Positions 22,894 to 32,794 of a stretch of DNA of 36,297 nt are shown here, piece by piece. The DNA is from a virus. Lineage: Duplodnaviria > Caudoviricetes. Position 1 is the stretch's first letter. Each line of letters opens with the position of its first letter. The notes beneath the pieces are model-generated. The model saw only the letters and a program-made list of their open reading frames with translations. It was not told where the DNA came from and did not search any database. The stretch spans positions 1-36,297 of IMG/VR virus record IMGVR_UViG_3300044606_000119, one strand, 5' to 3'. Made by a program: the position numbers and the translations under genes.

Positions 22894-24354
22894 TCAGAAA
22901 CCTCCCTGTTGGTATTGGATTGCCAGATCGGCAATGGACACCGGCAGCGCCGATACATTGCGGAACCGGAGCCGCATCATCCTGCCGCCGCCAAACAGCG
23001 GCACGCGCAGACTGGTAAAGAGCACTTCATCGATCGGGTACAGGCCGTCCCAGTCGGTCACGGCATCGATGTCGGTCATGTTCAGCGGTCCGATCTCGAT
23101 CTGCGTGGTCTGTCCGGCCATGGGTGGAGCCATGTCGAACATGGTCTCCATCTGCAGCGACAGCGGCCGCTCCGGAAACGCGGTAATCTCAAGAATCTTC
23201 GGGTACGTCTTGAAGCCCTGCCGCGAGAGCGTCAGCCATGCCGTTTCCCAGATCATCTCCGGCAGCGCGCCGTCGAACGTCCAGCCGGTGCCGTAGCGGT
23301 ACAGATAGCCGTTGCCGCAGAAAAACATCTCGCCCGCGTCATCGCTGAACACATGATTGATCGCCCCGCCGACCAGACGGCCCCATGCCTTGTAGACATA
23401 GTTGTAAATGCGGATTACATTGCCGATCTGAAAGACGAGCCATCCGCGCGCCGGATAGTGGCAGACCGACAGCGAACCCGCGCGCTTGATATCCTGATAC
23501 AGCTCCGCCGCGATCGCCTGATCGAGATTGCCGACAAACCCCAAGCCTCCGGTAGCCACCACCTGCCGGAGCGTCTTGATACCGCTGGGAGCAACAAAGA
23601 CCAGATCGGTCCCGAACGGGCACGATCCATTGCTGCGCGCGATGCCGGTCTCGTCGATCTGCTGCACGATCCGGTAATCGCCCTCGCTGGTCGGGTTGCT
23701 GCCGGCGTAGATGACCACCGCATCGCGGAAGAAAAAGACCTGCAGATCGATATAGGTCTTGCAGTCCAGCAGCTCAACGCCGCGTTTGAGCACGAACTTG
23801 AAATCGATGTAGCCGGCATTGACCGGGGTGCTGAAATCGGTCGGCGCATTGAGCGCGGAATGGTACGCGATGCCGTCGCGGCCGAGCATCCAGACGCGCC
23901 CCTTGTGCACGTGCGCAAAAAAGCAGTGCGCCGGCACGTTCGCGCCGAGTTCGGTCACGTTGTTACCGTCATATTTCATGTGCGGGTCAACCCCGTTTAC
24001 GATAATGCAGGTATTGCCGATGGCCGCAAATGACAGCAGCGCAGACGTATTGAGCCCGGTCTTGATCGGGCTGAGCGCGTCGCCGACGAGCCGGTAGATC
24101 GTGCCGCCGCCGGCCACCAGCGTGACCACCGTGCCGTCCATCATCCGGTAGCGGAATCCGCTCGTCAGCTGAACGCCGCACGACGCAGCATTGACACGCA
24201 CATAGCCCGGAATCTTGGCGATGCTGCCCGATTCCGACACATGACAGTTCTGCATGAGGCAGCTGAATTTGGACGGCATTGCCGACGCCGGAAATACCGT
24301 AGCCTCGCCGCCGGTCAGGTTGCCGAGTCGTGCTATGCCGGCGCGCTGCGTCAT
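22894..24354 (-). CDS. Tail nozzle / stabilisation protein (P22 gp10- or T7 gp12-like beta-propeller)
   Basis: 486 aa, beta-rich; GG..N..GxIxKxPG N-terminus; follows the adaptor. Confidence 0.75.
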   Translation of the reverse strand: MTQRAGIARLGNLTGGEATVFPASAMPSKFSCLMQNCHVSESGSIAKIPGYVRVNAASCGVQLTSGFRYRMMDGTVVTLVAGGGTIYRLVGDALSPIKTGLNTSALLSFAAIGNTCIIVNGVDPHMKYDGNNVTELGANVPAHCFFAHVHKGRVWMLGRDGIAYHSALNAPTDFSTPVNAGYIDFKFVLKRGVELLDCKTYIDLQVFFFRDAVVIYAGSNPTSEGDYRIVQQIDETGIARSNGSCPFGTDLVFVAPSGIKTLRQVVATGGLGFVGNLDQAIAAELYQDIKRAGSLSVCHYPARGWLVFQIGNVIRIYNYVYKAWGRLVGGAINHVFSDDAGEMFFCGNGYLYRYGTGWTFDGALPEMIWETAWLTLSRQGFKTYPKILEITAFPERPLSLQMETMFDMAPPMAGQTTQIEIGPLNMTDIDAVTDWDGLYPIDEVLFTSLRVPLFGGGRMMRLRFRNVSALPVSIADLAIQYQQGGF

Positions 24355-24998
24355 GCCGGCACCACATCGCCCCAGTTGCTGTCACCCTCGTTTTGGCTGG
24401 TGATGCCGAGCTTGATCCGGAACGCATCCATCTTGACCGATGCGTCCTGACCCTGCTCATCCATCGCCAGCGCGAGCGCCCCGGCTATTATGGTATCGGG
24501 GTCGAGCAGCGGCACATCGGTGGCATTGATGAGCAGCGGCGGCTTCTGCAGCGCCTCGACCTCCACCGTGTAGACCTGATCGGGCACCGGACAGAGCTCC
24601 ACCACAATGGCCGTACCGGTGCGGCTATACCGTCGATAGGCCAGCGGTAGCCCGAGCGCGCCCTGATGACTGCGCTTGATGGCGCGGAAATCCTCATCGG
24701 AGTCAAACATGCGCAGCGGCTCCGACATGCCGGCAATGCAGAGCTCCCTGATCGTATCGAGCTCTTCAATTCCGGGCCCGAGATCGGCAATGGAGACCGT
24801 ATAGAGTGACACCCCTGCCACCGTCTGAAACGAGCCATAGAGCTTGCACTGATCCCACGTAGTGCCTTCGGCCATGAAATCGCGCTGCACCTGGTTGATG
24901 AACGCCAAGAGCAGCTTGGCATGCTGATCGGCCAGCGACGCAGAAAGAGGGAGCCGCAACAGCGTCTGAATCTTGTTAATCATTTCCAGAACGATCAC
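24351..24998 (-). CDS. Head-tail adaptor (tail tubular protein A-like)
   Basis: MIVLEMINKIQ...INQVQRD, TVAGVSLY and PVPDQVYTV motifs; GGGAGG SD. Confidence 0.75.
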   Translation of the reverse strand: MIVLEMINKIQTLLRLPLSASLADQHAKLLLAFINQVQRDFMAEGTTWDQCKLYGSFQTVAGVSLYTVSIADLGPGIEELDTIRELCIAGMSEPLRMFDSDEDFRAIKRSHQGALGLPLAYRRYSRTGTAIVVELCPVPDQVYTVEVEALQKPPLLINATDVPLLDPDTIIAGALALAMDEQGQDASVKMDAFRIKLGITSQNEGDSNWGDVVPA

Positions 24999-25028
24999 CG
25001 CAAACCTCCCTGTCAGTAAGTCACGATC

Positions 25029-25424
25029 TCACGATACTGCACTGCCGCCGATACGGCGCGCGTCTGCATGCTGAGCGCCGACGATAGCGGCAACCCCTGC
25101 GTAGTCAGACGCGCTGATACCATCAGATGCGCCACGGGCCACACCGGCAATCGGGCTGATGGAGCCGACATGGTACCTGAACCTCATGGACACGCCGACC
25201 GGCACCGTGGCGATGTCGTACCGGAACGTAATGGATACTGGTTCAATCGCGATGCGGTACCGGAACGTACCAGAGACCTTTTCCATCGCAAGGTCATACC
25301 GGAACGTACCAGAGACCTTTTCAATCGCGATATCGTACCGGAAGGTAATAGCCTTGGATACGCTGGCGGCACCCTTAAATGGGGCTCCATAGAGCAGCGC
25401 ACCATAGACATCCTTGGAAATCAA
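25029..25424 (-). CDS. Virion-associated protein with ~5 x 13-aa repeats (TFRYDIAxExVS)
   Basis: 39-bp repeats, e.g. 25258-25283 = 25297-25322; TTGA coupling. Confidence 0.65.
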   Translation of the reverse strand: MISKDVYGALLYGAPFKGAASVSKAITFRYDIAIEKVSGTFRYDLAMEKVSGTFRYRIAIEPVSITFRYDIATVPVGVSMRFRYHVGSISPIAGVARGASDGISASDYAGVAAIVGAQHADARRIGGSAVS

Positions 25425-25888
25425 AACGATGATCCCTCCGCTCCGGTAGTGCTTACATCGGAGTTAATTGTGGATAAGAGGCTGCGCAGCTCATCCCTGA
25501 GCCGTTTCTTCTGATCCAGTTTCTCGCTCAGCTTTAGCGGTATGTCATCTGCCTTTATGACGTTCTTGGCCAGCAGAATATCGTATAAATCCTCTACGGA
25601 TCGAGGAACGTCCCGATCGGTAGCGGCCAGCATTTCAGCGGTATGTGCCACGACCATATCTTCAGGCGTTGGCTGCGGCGGCAGGATGCCAGGATCACGG
25701 TCAACATAGTTCCATTTCGATCCGTCGAAAACCACATCCTTGCCGGTAACGATCGGCAGCGGCGGTATGTCGGTCGCTGAATCAGGGATCAAATACACAA
25801 TGCGCCCGCGCTTCAGTTCTTCGGGGTCTTGATAAGCGTCCCGGCTGCCGATGTAAACGTTCTGTTCATTGTAAAAATGCACGAGCAT
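25421..25888 (-). CDS. Tail fibre assembly chaperone-like protein
   Basis: YIG...DP...YLIPxxAT..PP...VFDGSKWNYVD motif; follows the fibre gene. Confidence 0.75.
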   Translation of the reverse strand: MLVHFYNEQNVYIGSRDAYQDPEELKRGRIVYLIPDSATDIPPLPIVTGKDVVFDGSKWNYVDRDPGILPPQPTPEDMVVAHTAEMLAATDRDVPRSVEDLYDILLAKNVIKADDIPLKLSEKLDQKKRLRDELRSLLSTINSDVSTTGAEGSSF

Positions 25889-25900
25889 ACGGCCTCCGAA

Positions 25901-27019
25901 CTAATACTTGATTGCCAAAGCAACGTTAAAATTGATCATTCGAGCCTCGTTGCCGCCACTGGGGTTAATTGTGACGCTGGTAGAAACTGTGGTGCTGAGC
26001 GAGAGTGATACATTGCTCGAACCGCACGAGTACGGCCCGCCACACACTGAACTGACAACAGAAGCACCTCCAGAAATCTGCTCAATCTGTATTTGATTAA
26101 AGTTCAAATTCCCGGAACCGGTCGGTGTTGCAGTAGAACTTGCAGAGCTTGTATGCGTATGAGAATAATTTGAATAGGACTGTTTTGTTCCAACATAATC
26201 ACCCGTTTGACCATCGCCGCGATCAGTTCTCGATGCTCGGTCGGGGTCATTGCTTGATCCATTCGCAACCACTCTCGGCACGCGCCCCTGCACCGCCGGT
26301 AACTTCACCTGCGTGTACCCGAGCACCGATGTTCCTGCGCTTCCAAGAGACACTGCCGAACCGCCCGGAGTCAGTGCTATCTTGATTGTATTTGCATCAA
26401 CGTATAGGACATAGTAAGGACGATTGGGCTGAACTCCAGACGGCATGGTTGCAGCCGTGAAGCATACGGTATCTCCATCGGCCAGATTATGCGCTGTCCA
26501 GGTGATCTGATTGGTTGCGCTGTTGCAGGTGACTGCCGTACCCGTTCCCAGTCCGTAGGGCGCGCAGCTCTGAGTGGGCATTGCGCACGAGTACCAGTAA
26601 TCGATCAGATCGCGGTACAGACTCATGGAGATAAGGCCGCCCTCGCATGGCAGGTATCCGGGCGGTATGGTTGATCCTGATAACATAAGATACGATCCGA
26701 CCGGGGCTTGCGCCTCGTCAATGCGGCCGGCTGTAATCACGTGCGCAATGTTATCGCCGATAGCCCATGCGCGATCAGTAGTGCCTTCCGCCGCCTTGCT
26801 ACACTTAAACACGTCTCCCCCTGCATAGGTGAGCGTGACAATCTCCCGGTTCGGATCATCAATGGGAGACGCATAGGCAGCGCCCCAGATGACGGCGCGG
26901 AACGCTCCGCTGGACGGAAAGCGCGGCGCATGCCCCGATGCAACGGCGAGCTGGGCTGCGCCGATGGCTACCGATCCGCCGAGCGTGCTGAACGCGAAGT
27001 TCTGATTCCGCAAACTCAT
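25901..27019 (-). CDS. Tail fibre protein with tail-collar domain
   Basis: PVGSY...IPPGYLPCEG and LPAVQGRVPR collar motifs; SHTH; C-terminal EARMINFNVALAIKY. Confidence 0.85.
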   Translation of the reverse strand: MSLRNQNFAFSTLGGSVAIGAAQLAVASGHAPRFPSSGAFRAVIWGAAYASPIDDPNREIVTLTYAGGDVFKCSKAAEGTTDRAWAIGDNIAHVITAGRIDEAQAPVGSYLMLSGSTIPPGYLPCEGGLISMSLYRDLIDYWYSCAMPTQSCAPYGLGTGTAVTCNSATNQITWTAHNLADGDTVCFTAATMPSGVQPNRPYYVLYVDANTIKIALTPGGSAVSLGSAGTSVLGYTQVKLPAVQGRVPRVVANGSSNDPDRASRTDRGDGQTGDYVGTKQSYSNYSHTHTSSASSTATPTGSGNLNFNQIQIEQISGGASVVSSVCGGPYSCGSSNVSLSLSTTVSTSVTINPSGGNEARMINFNVALAIKY

Positions 27020-27513
27020 GCTGCATCACCTTCCATGCTCAGGGTATAGCTGTTGTTGCTGTACGATGCGCACGCCGCCGGTACAATACGCCTCATCCAG
27101 ATCATGCGCACCTCGCCGGCAGCAATATTGCCGAGTGACAGACCGGTTGCCTTGCTGCTCGGAGCCGAAAACGATATGCCAGACGGTGCTTCACCCTCTG
27201 ATGCAATGCTCTGCTTCGGGCTGCCGTTGGAAGACTCAATACCGATTTCAATGGAGTCATCGGCAGGCGTGTTCGTTTCGAGCCAGAGCTTGACGTTTTG
27301 CCAGGTCTCAGCACTGGTGTTTTTGATATAAAAGGCGCGATACTCGGTATCGCCGGCGTTTGCCTCAGCTGCCGTCACCCGATCCCACAGGTTATGCAGC
27401 ACGTTATCGGTAATTGCGACCGATGAGACTGCACCGCCCAGCGACAGGGCAGGATCGCTGTTGGATGCACCCCCTGAAAGCAGCATATGTATGTCTGATG
27501 CTGAGATCGCCAT
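27016..27513 (-). CDS. Virion structural protein (hypothetical)
   Basis: LSGGASNSDPALSLGG...YRAFYIKN beta-rich protein within the structural operon. Confidence 0.7.
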   Translation of the reverse strand: MAISASDIHMLLSGGASNSDPALSLGGAVSSVAITDNVLHNLWDRVTAAEANAGDTEYRAFYIKNTSAETWQNVKLWLETNTPADDSIEIGIESSNGSPKQSIASEGEAPSGISFSAPSSKATGLSLGNIAAGEVRMIWMRRIVPAACASYSNNSYTLSMEGDAA

Positions 27514-27522
27514 GACCGTGCG

Positions 27523-27879
27523 CTATGCTTTCTGGCTGAAGGCGAAGCGCTGCACCTTGCGCTCGACCATCTCATTGCCGTCCTGTCCGACAGGACGCTT
27601 CTGAAGTTCGTAATCGGTGATCACGGCGTTGTTCAGCACATGGACCACCGCCTCCGGCACGACGCACTCCTTGTCGCGCGGAATGTTGTAGACATAGCCG
27701 TTGATGCCGACCACGACCGCGTCTTTCTCGCGCTCGGTGCTCGGGATCAAAATGGTGACTTTCCGTTGCTGTTTCAGCTCGTCGCGGATATCGTCGATAA
27801 AGGTTTCTGCGCCCTGCGGTCTTCCGCTGTCTACGGGTTCTGCTGCTGCAGCTTCCGGTAAAATATCCTGTTTTGCCAT
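27523..27879 (-). CDS. Conserved head-module hypothetical protein
   Basis: GAGGA SD; VVGINGYVYNIPRDKECVVPE motif; downstream of the capsid genes. Confidence 0.75.
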   Translation of the reverse strand: MAKQDILPEAAAAEPVDSGRPQGAETFIDDIRDELKQQRKVTILIPSTEREKDAVVVGINGYVYNIPRDKECVVPEAVVHVLNNAVITDYELQKRPVGQDGNEMVERKVQRFAFSQKA

Positions 27880-27899
27880 AAAGTCCTCGCAGTGAAGAG

Positions 27900-27925
27900 G
27901 GCGGGAGCCGCTGCGGGCTCCCGCC
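27900..27925 (-). terminator. Hairpin after the capsid genes (weak terminator or RNA stabiliser)
   Basis: GGCGGGAGCC-6 nt-GGCTCCCGCC, 10-bp stem; poor U-tail. Confidence 0.55.
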
Positions 27926-27934
27926 ACAGGGTTG

Positions 27935-28495
27935 TTACTGTCCGATGGCGAAGTAGTGCATCACTTCGCCGCTGGCGTTCAGGTCGGCATCTGCGCCGAT
28001 GGTAAAGCCTTTTGCAACGCCTGCCTGATTGAGCGCCGTAACGCCCGATTGTGCAGCTTCGTACTTCTGATCGACCGTCAGGCTCGTTGCGCTGGCAATG
28101 TCTACAACACGGCGGAGCACGCCGCCGATGTTGATGAGATCATTCACCTTCAGCTCGGTCGTGAATCTGGTCGAGGTACCGGTCACCACGGCGCTGCCGG
28201 CGCTGACGGCGACCGTGCCGCTCAGCGCAACCGGCATGCCCGAACCGGCATAGGCGCTGATGCCGTTACTGGTGATCTTCGCCTGCGATGCATCGCCGGT
28301 GGAGCCGGAATCGACCACCTTGAGCCCTTTGAGGCCATGGCCGTCAGGCATGCCGGCAAACCACTCCATCGTTGCCCACTTGGAATGGGAATCGTTGGGG
28401 TTGTAAACCTTGACATACTGCGGCACAAAGCCGATGCCGACGTTGATGGCCGCTCCGGTGCCGGTGATGGTTCCTGTAGCAATCTGCAATGCCAT
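27935..28495 (-). CDS. Minor capsid / decoration protein (putative)
   Basis: Directly after the major capsid gene; G/T/A-rich beta protein. Confidence 0.7.
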   Translation of the reverse strand: MALQIATGTITGTGAAINVGIGFVPQYVKVYNPNDSHSKWATMEWFAGMPDGHGLKGLKVVDSGSTGDASQAKITSNGISAYAGSGMPVALSGTVAVSAGSAVVTGTSTRFTTELKVNDLINIGGVLRRVVDIASATSLTVDQKYEAAQSGVTALNQAGVAKGFTIGADADLNASGEVMHYFAIGQ

Positions 28496-28513
28496 ATGCG
28501 TTTCCTCGCTTTC

Positions 28514-29494
28514 TTACAGGTTGGTGCAGGCCGCTTCGAGCCTCACCATCCAGAGGTCGTTGGTGATGATGGCCGTGGTATAGCCCTTCCAGCCGATGCT
28601 GCCGCGCTGCGCCAGTTCATCGCCGTTGACCGCCTTGGGGTTGTTGATGAGCGTCTGGATCGATCCCTTGCCGCCAAGCGGCACCGTGTCGAATGCGTCC
28701 TTGCCGAAGACCAGAAACGGATATACGTCCGCATAGGTTCCACTGGTAGAGATCATGGAGCCTTTGGATCCGCCGGCATCGGCCCACGGGGTCAGGTTGT
28801 TGTCGAACACGACGCGCAACAGGCCGACTGAACCGGCCTCGCCTTCCAGCAGGCCGTTCTGGTTGGGGTACTTGTGCACCGGCACCCAGCCGGTCAGCGC
28901 TTCGAGGTCCTTGCGGAAGTCGCAATGACACGCAGCAACAAACGCGGGCGGGATCGGCACGGTTGCGATGGCGGGACCGGCCTGCACGATCTCGCGCAGA
29001 CGCTTGGCCTCCTGACGCTCCAGAACGCGGGTGATCTTCTGCACGATGGTATCGGAGATTGCCGTATTGACGGCGTTGCGCGCCGAACCGTTTGCATAGA
29101 CTACGTTCGTGCCAGCCTTCAGAATGCCGGCATAGAACTTGTCATACATCTCGGGAGCCTGTTCAGCGAGCATGGCAAGGTGTTCGTTCAGCACCGGGTC
29201 TTCGTGCGTGTCCTGGATGACATCGGTGAACCCGACCCAATCGCCGAGCTGGCGGAGCTGGCCGTACACGTCGGTCTTGGTGCTGGTCTTGCCGGTCGGG
29301 GTAACCCCCTCCTGCAGCACCTGCGGGGTGCTGTCGAGCTTGTTGTAGCGGCGGGCGATGATGGTCAGGCCCTTGTTTTTGGGGAGCGGACGCACGCCGC
29401 CGAGCTGCGCGAGGATATTATTGGCTTTTGCCCGTTCGAGCAGTTTTCCGTCAGCATAGCCCTGAGTGCGCTGGGAAATGTCTGATGTCTGCAT
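28514..29494 (-). CDS. Major capsid protein, N4-gp56 family
   Basis: LPKNKG, LQEGVTP, QLGDWVGFTD, LEGEAGSV and DELAQRGSIGWK motifs. Confidence 0.92.
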   Translation of the reverse strand: MQTSDISQRTQGYADGKLLERAKANNILAQLGGVRPLPKNKGLTIIARRYNKLDSTPQVLQEGVTPTGKTSTKTDVYGQLRQLGDWVGFTDVIQDTHEDPVLNEHLAMLAEQAPEMYDKFYAGILKAGTNVVYANGSARNAVNTAISDTIVQKITRVLERQEAKRLREIVQAGPAIATVPIPPAFVAACHCDFRKDLEALTGWVPVHKYPNQNGLLEGEAGSVGLLRVVFDNNLTPWADAGGSKGSMISTSGTYADVYPFLVFGKDAFDTVPLGGKGSIQTLINNPKAVNGDELAQRGSIGWKGYTTAIITNDLWMVRLEAACTNL

Positions 29495-29532
29495 AATCTC
29501 GTCTCCTGTTCAGCAGAATCGCCCGCTCGCCG

Positions 29533-30504
29533 CTATTTTTTGCCGATGGCAAGAGCGAAGCCGGCGTCGTAGTCGTCCGGGTCGGCGCTGCCAGCAGCCG
29601 CGACCGGAAACGGTGTGCCGCCGGAGCCGCGCAGCGTTACGGTGTTCTGCAGTTTTTCTCGTTTTTCAGCAGCGTCACGCTGCCGGATTGCGGCCGCCTC
29701 GGGCGTGCCGCGATATTTTTTGTACTCACCGATCGCCCAGATCATATCGTCCGCGTCCAGACTGTCAAGCGCAGCATACCGCAATGCGGGACGCTGGCCT
29801 TCAGCCCATTGGAAAAATTCTGGGTTGGCGATCAGCCTGCCATCGGCATCCGTGCGCGCAACCAGCGATTCGTAATCGGGATGCGCTTGGAGCAGCTTCG
29901 GCTTCACCAGAGCCTCAAAGACCTGCCGCGAAGCATCGGCGGCGGCCTGCGACGATGACCGCTCCTGCCCCTGCTTGAGCGTTGCCACTTCGCTCCGCAG
30001 TTCGTTGAGCGTGGTGACCACGGCCTGCAGCGGCTGCTGCAGCTCGGGGTAGTCGGCGCTGACCTGCTCGATCATGTCATCGAGCTTTCCTTGCGCGTTG
30101 TCTACCGCCCGTTGGGCAGCGTCAACCCGCTCCTGCGAACCGGTGCCGGCCTTCAGCGCTGCAAGCTGCTGCTCCAGCGCCTTGTTGCGCTCCAGCAGCG
30201 TGGTAGCCCAGCGCTGCGTGTCGCGCAATGCCTTTTCGCGATGGTCTTCTTTGGGCGGAGCCTCAGCCGCCGGTTTCTCGGCAGGTGCATCAGCCGCCGG
30301 TGCGGCAGATGGCTGCTCGTCTGTGGCCGGTTCAGCTGCCGGTTCCGCAGTGTTGCTGCTGTCGTTGCTGCCCTGATCCTGCCCTGTTGCCTGTGCAAGC
30401 GCATAGCCGGCATCGTACTCAGCCGATGCGACCTGCCCAGTTTCCTGTTCTGCTGCGTCTGCTGCTGCCATGGATGCCTCCACTGTTTCGGGATTCGCCG
30501 TCAT
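29533..30504 (-). CDS. Capsid scaffolding protein
   Basis: Acidic, Ala-rich N-terminus, coiled coil, HPDY...FFQW; located between portal and capsid genes. Confidence 0.8.
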   Translation of the reverse strand: MTANPETVEASMAAADAAEQETGQVASAEYDAGYALAQATGQDQGSNDSSNTAEPAAEPATDEQPSAAPAADAPAEKPAAEAPPKEDHREKALRDTQRWATTLLERNKALEQQLAALKAGTGSQERVDAAQRAVDNAQGKLDDMIEQVSADYPELQQPLQAVVTTLNELRSEVATLKQGQERSSSQAAADASRQVFEALVKPKLLQAHPDYESLVARTDADGRLIANPEFFQWAEGQRPALRYAALDSLDADDMIWAIGEYKKYRGTPEAAAIRQRDAAEKREKLQNTVTLRGSGGTPFPVAAAGSADPDDYDAGFALAIGKK

Positions 30505-30566
30505 GGCGAGTAGCCCCGTGTTATTGCATGCCTGCGGTCCGCCATGGGCGGATAGTCGCGGCATCG

Positions 30567-30791
30567 TTACGCATAGTGATCGTGCTCATGGTCGGTGCTG
30601 GCCGGCTCGATCGGCTCTTCGGTGAGCACGTCGAACACATGGTCCAGCGCGCGCATTTCCCCTTGCGCGCGGTACAGCTCGGTGCCGTCGGCGCTCCTGA
30701 GCGCCGCCAGCACCTCCATGCGCTTGTCGTGCAGCCGTTCGATCAGCTGCCGGTATGCGTCAAAGCCCTGCAGTGCGCGCTCGATGCTCAT
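30567..30791 (-). CDS. Small conserved protein after the portal (74 aa)
   Basis: MSIERALQG...LYRAQGEMRAL; ATGA overlap with the portal stop; GGAGG SD. Confidence 0.75.
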   Translation of the reverse strand: MSIERALQGFDAYRQLIERLHDKRMEVLAALRSADGTELYRAQGEMRALDHVFDVLTEEPIEPASTDHEHDHYA

Positions 30792-32794
30792 GCCGGCACC
30801 TCCTGCGGCATGGCCGGTTCCGCCGCTGCAGCCGCCTGACCGGCCGGCGGAGCGCCCGCCACGCCCTGCATGCGCTGCGGATCGGGCTGAATGCCGAGCT
30901 GCTCCAGCACTTGCGCCTGCTCCTGCGCCGTCAGCAGCGGGAAGAGGCGATCGATGTCGACGATTTCGCGCATGTCTTTGCCGGCCGTGCTGGCGGCACT
31001 CATGTGATCCATGATCTGCTTGATCTCTTCGTCGGTACGCATGATGTCGGTGGTCTCCAGCAGATCGAATATCGCCTTCATCAGCTTGACGCGATCCACA
31101 AAGATCGCATCCTGCGGCGCGCTCGTCACCTGCATGGCCTTGGCATACTGCTCCAGCTTGATCTCCTTGGCCATCAGACTGTCGGCTCCGGTTGCCTTGA
31201 TACGCAGCGGGATGTTCGCCCCGGTATCGGGCGCAAAGGTCATGAACCAGTCGTGCATATCCTCCACGATCGGCTCGATCCAGTAATCGTCGATGTTTTT
31301 GACCGGCACCTTCAGGTTCACGTTCATCTGCGAGATGAGCATGGACATGCCGCCCATGGTCTTGTTCAGAAATGAATCCTGCATGCCGGTGGTGTATTTG
31401 GGTATGCCGGTAGCCTCGTCGGCAAAACGCTCCATCAGCTCGATCAGCTGCTGCAGCCCGAGGGTGACATCGTTGAAGCTGATGCTGTCGATGGCCTGAC
31501 GGGGATCGTAATTGCCCTTGATGTACCACGTCTTGCCGGGGTAAACATCGAGATTGGTCGTGCGCTTGGTGTTGATGCGGTCGATATTGACGGCAACCAT
31601 GCCGTTGCCGCTCAGCGCCTTGTTGTCGATGAGCAGCCGCGCGGCGGAATTGATCATCTTCTGGCTGTCCCGCATTGCCTCGGCAACACCATGGCCGTAA
31701 ATGCTGTGCGGCCGCTTTTTGTACGGGCAGTTGCGGAATTGCCGGTTGCGGAGCGGGTTCACGACCGCCTTGATGACGATGCCATCTGCTGCCAGATGCA
31801 CAATCGCCTCGATGCCGTCATCGTCATGCAGATCACGCGGCACAGCAGTACCATGCGCGCGGAGCAGACCCGCCGGAACGATGCCCTGATACTCCAGAAC
31901 GCTGATCCGGCTGTCTTTCACGCCGCGCTCGCCGGTGTAGTTGTCGCCGAGCTGAATGTGCTTGTAATGCTCGTCCGCGTCGCGCAATGACGCGCGCAAT
32001 GACGCTTCCAGAACCGCTTCCTTGTCGAATCCGCCCTGATAGGCGAGCCGCTTGAAGTGCGCCGGCAGCAGCCGCTGAAACTGAATTTCGCCGATACTGT
32101 CTTTGGCGCTCTTGGCATTGACATCGCAATAATACTCCCAGAGCGGCACATGGTCGATAACTGGAACTGTCGTTTCAGTCCAGCCGATCTCGTACGGGTT
32201 TACGTCTGAGATAATCTGGTTGACCGGCATGCCGCCGATCGTGCGGACCATGACGTTCGGCTCACGCCGGGTCTCCAGAATAGGCCCCTTGAGCACGGCA
32301 TTGCCGAGGATCGTCATCTCCAGTATGGCGTTGTCCATGACCTCTTCCAGCTCGATCAGCCGGAAATGATCGCGCAGGCGCTGCTGTGCGCGCGAGGCGA
32401 TCGCCTTGGCCTCGTCGATGTTCAGCCCCAGTGCTTCATACTGCACGGGCATTGCAGAAAAGGGTATGCCGCCACGGCCAGCATAGAGATCGATGATTTT
32501 CGCATGCGCGGTGTGGCATTTCAGGGTGGTGAGTTTGATGAAGATGCGGCTACGCCTGCTTTTGCCCTCAGTCTTGTGCTTCCAGTTCAGGTTCGGCTGG
32601 TACTGACCGAGATAGTTGAGCCAGCACTCTTCCCAGATCTGTTCATAGGGCCGGCGAGCCTGTTTGAAGTCTTCAAATATCTCCTTGATGTAGCGCGCAA
32701 GCTCCGCCCTGGCGCTGGCTGCGGCCTGTGGATCGACCGGTGAAGCCTGTCCGTATTCGCGTCCGCCCTGAATGCTGACCAGTTCGTCTGGCAT
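30788..32794 (-). CDS. Portal protein
   Basis: 668 aa after TerL; W..C..NYLG, SRIFIKLT, YGHGVAE and TMGGMSML podovirus portal motifs. Confidence 0.9.
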   Translation of the reverse strand: MPDELVSIQGGREYGQASPVDPQAAASARAELARYIKEIFEDFKQARRPYEQIWEECWLNYLGQYQPNLNWKHKTEGKSRRSRIFIKLTTLKCHTAHAKIIDLYAGRGGIPFSAMPVQYEALGLNIDEAKAIASRAQQRLRDHFRLIELEEVMDNAILEMTILGNAVLKGPILETRREPNVMVRTIGGMPVNQIISDVNPYEIGWTETTVPVIDHVPLWEYYCDVNAKSAKDSIGEIQFQRLLPAHFKRLAYQGGFDKEAVLEASLRASLRDADEHYKHIQLGDNYTGERGVKDSRISVLEYQGIVPAGLLRAHGTAVPRDLHDDDGIEAIVHLAADGIVIKAVVNPLRNRQFRNCPYKKRPHSIYGHGVAEAMRDSQKMINSAARLLIDNKALSGNGMVAVNIDRINTKRTTNLDVYPGKTWYIKGNYDPRQAIDSISFNDVTLGLQQLIELMERFADEATGIPKYTTGMQDSFLNKTMGGMSMLISQMNVNLKVPVKNIDDYWIEPIVEDMHDWFMTFAPDTGANIPLRIKATGADSLMAKEIKLEQYAKAMQVTSAPQDAIFVDRVKLMKAIFDLLETTDIMRTDEEIKQIMDHMSAASTAGKDMREIVDIDRLFPLLTAQEQAQVLEQLGIQPDPQRMQGVAGAPPAGQAAAAAEPAMPQEVPA

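Noticed and set aside
25901-26200. Diversity-generating retroelement or invertible tip at the lower-GC tail fibre end
   Set aside because: No reverse transcriptase, template repeat, invertase or duplicated tip cassette seen.
30792-31529. Long N-terminal extension of ORF 30567..31529 as a nested gene in the portal
   Set aside because: His/Arg-rich shadow frame without an SD; only the last 74 codons look real.
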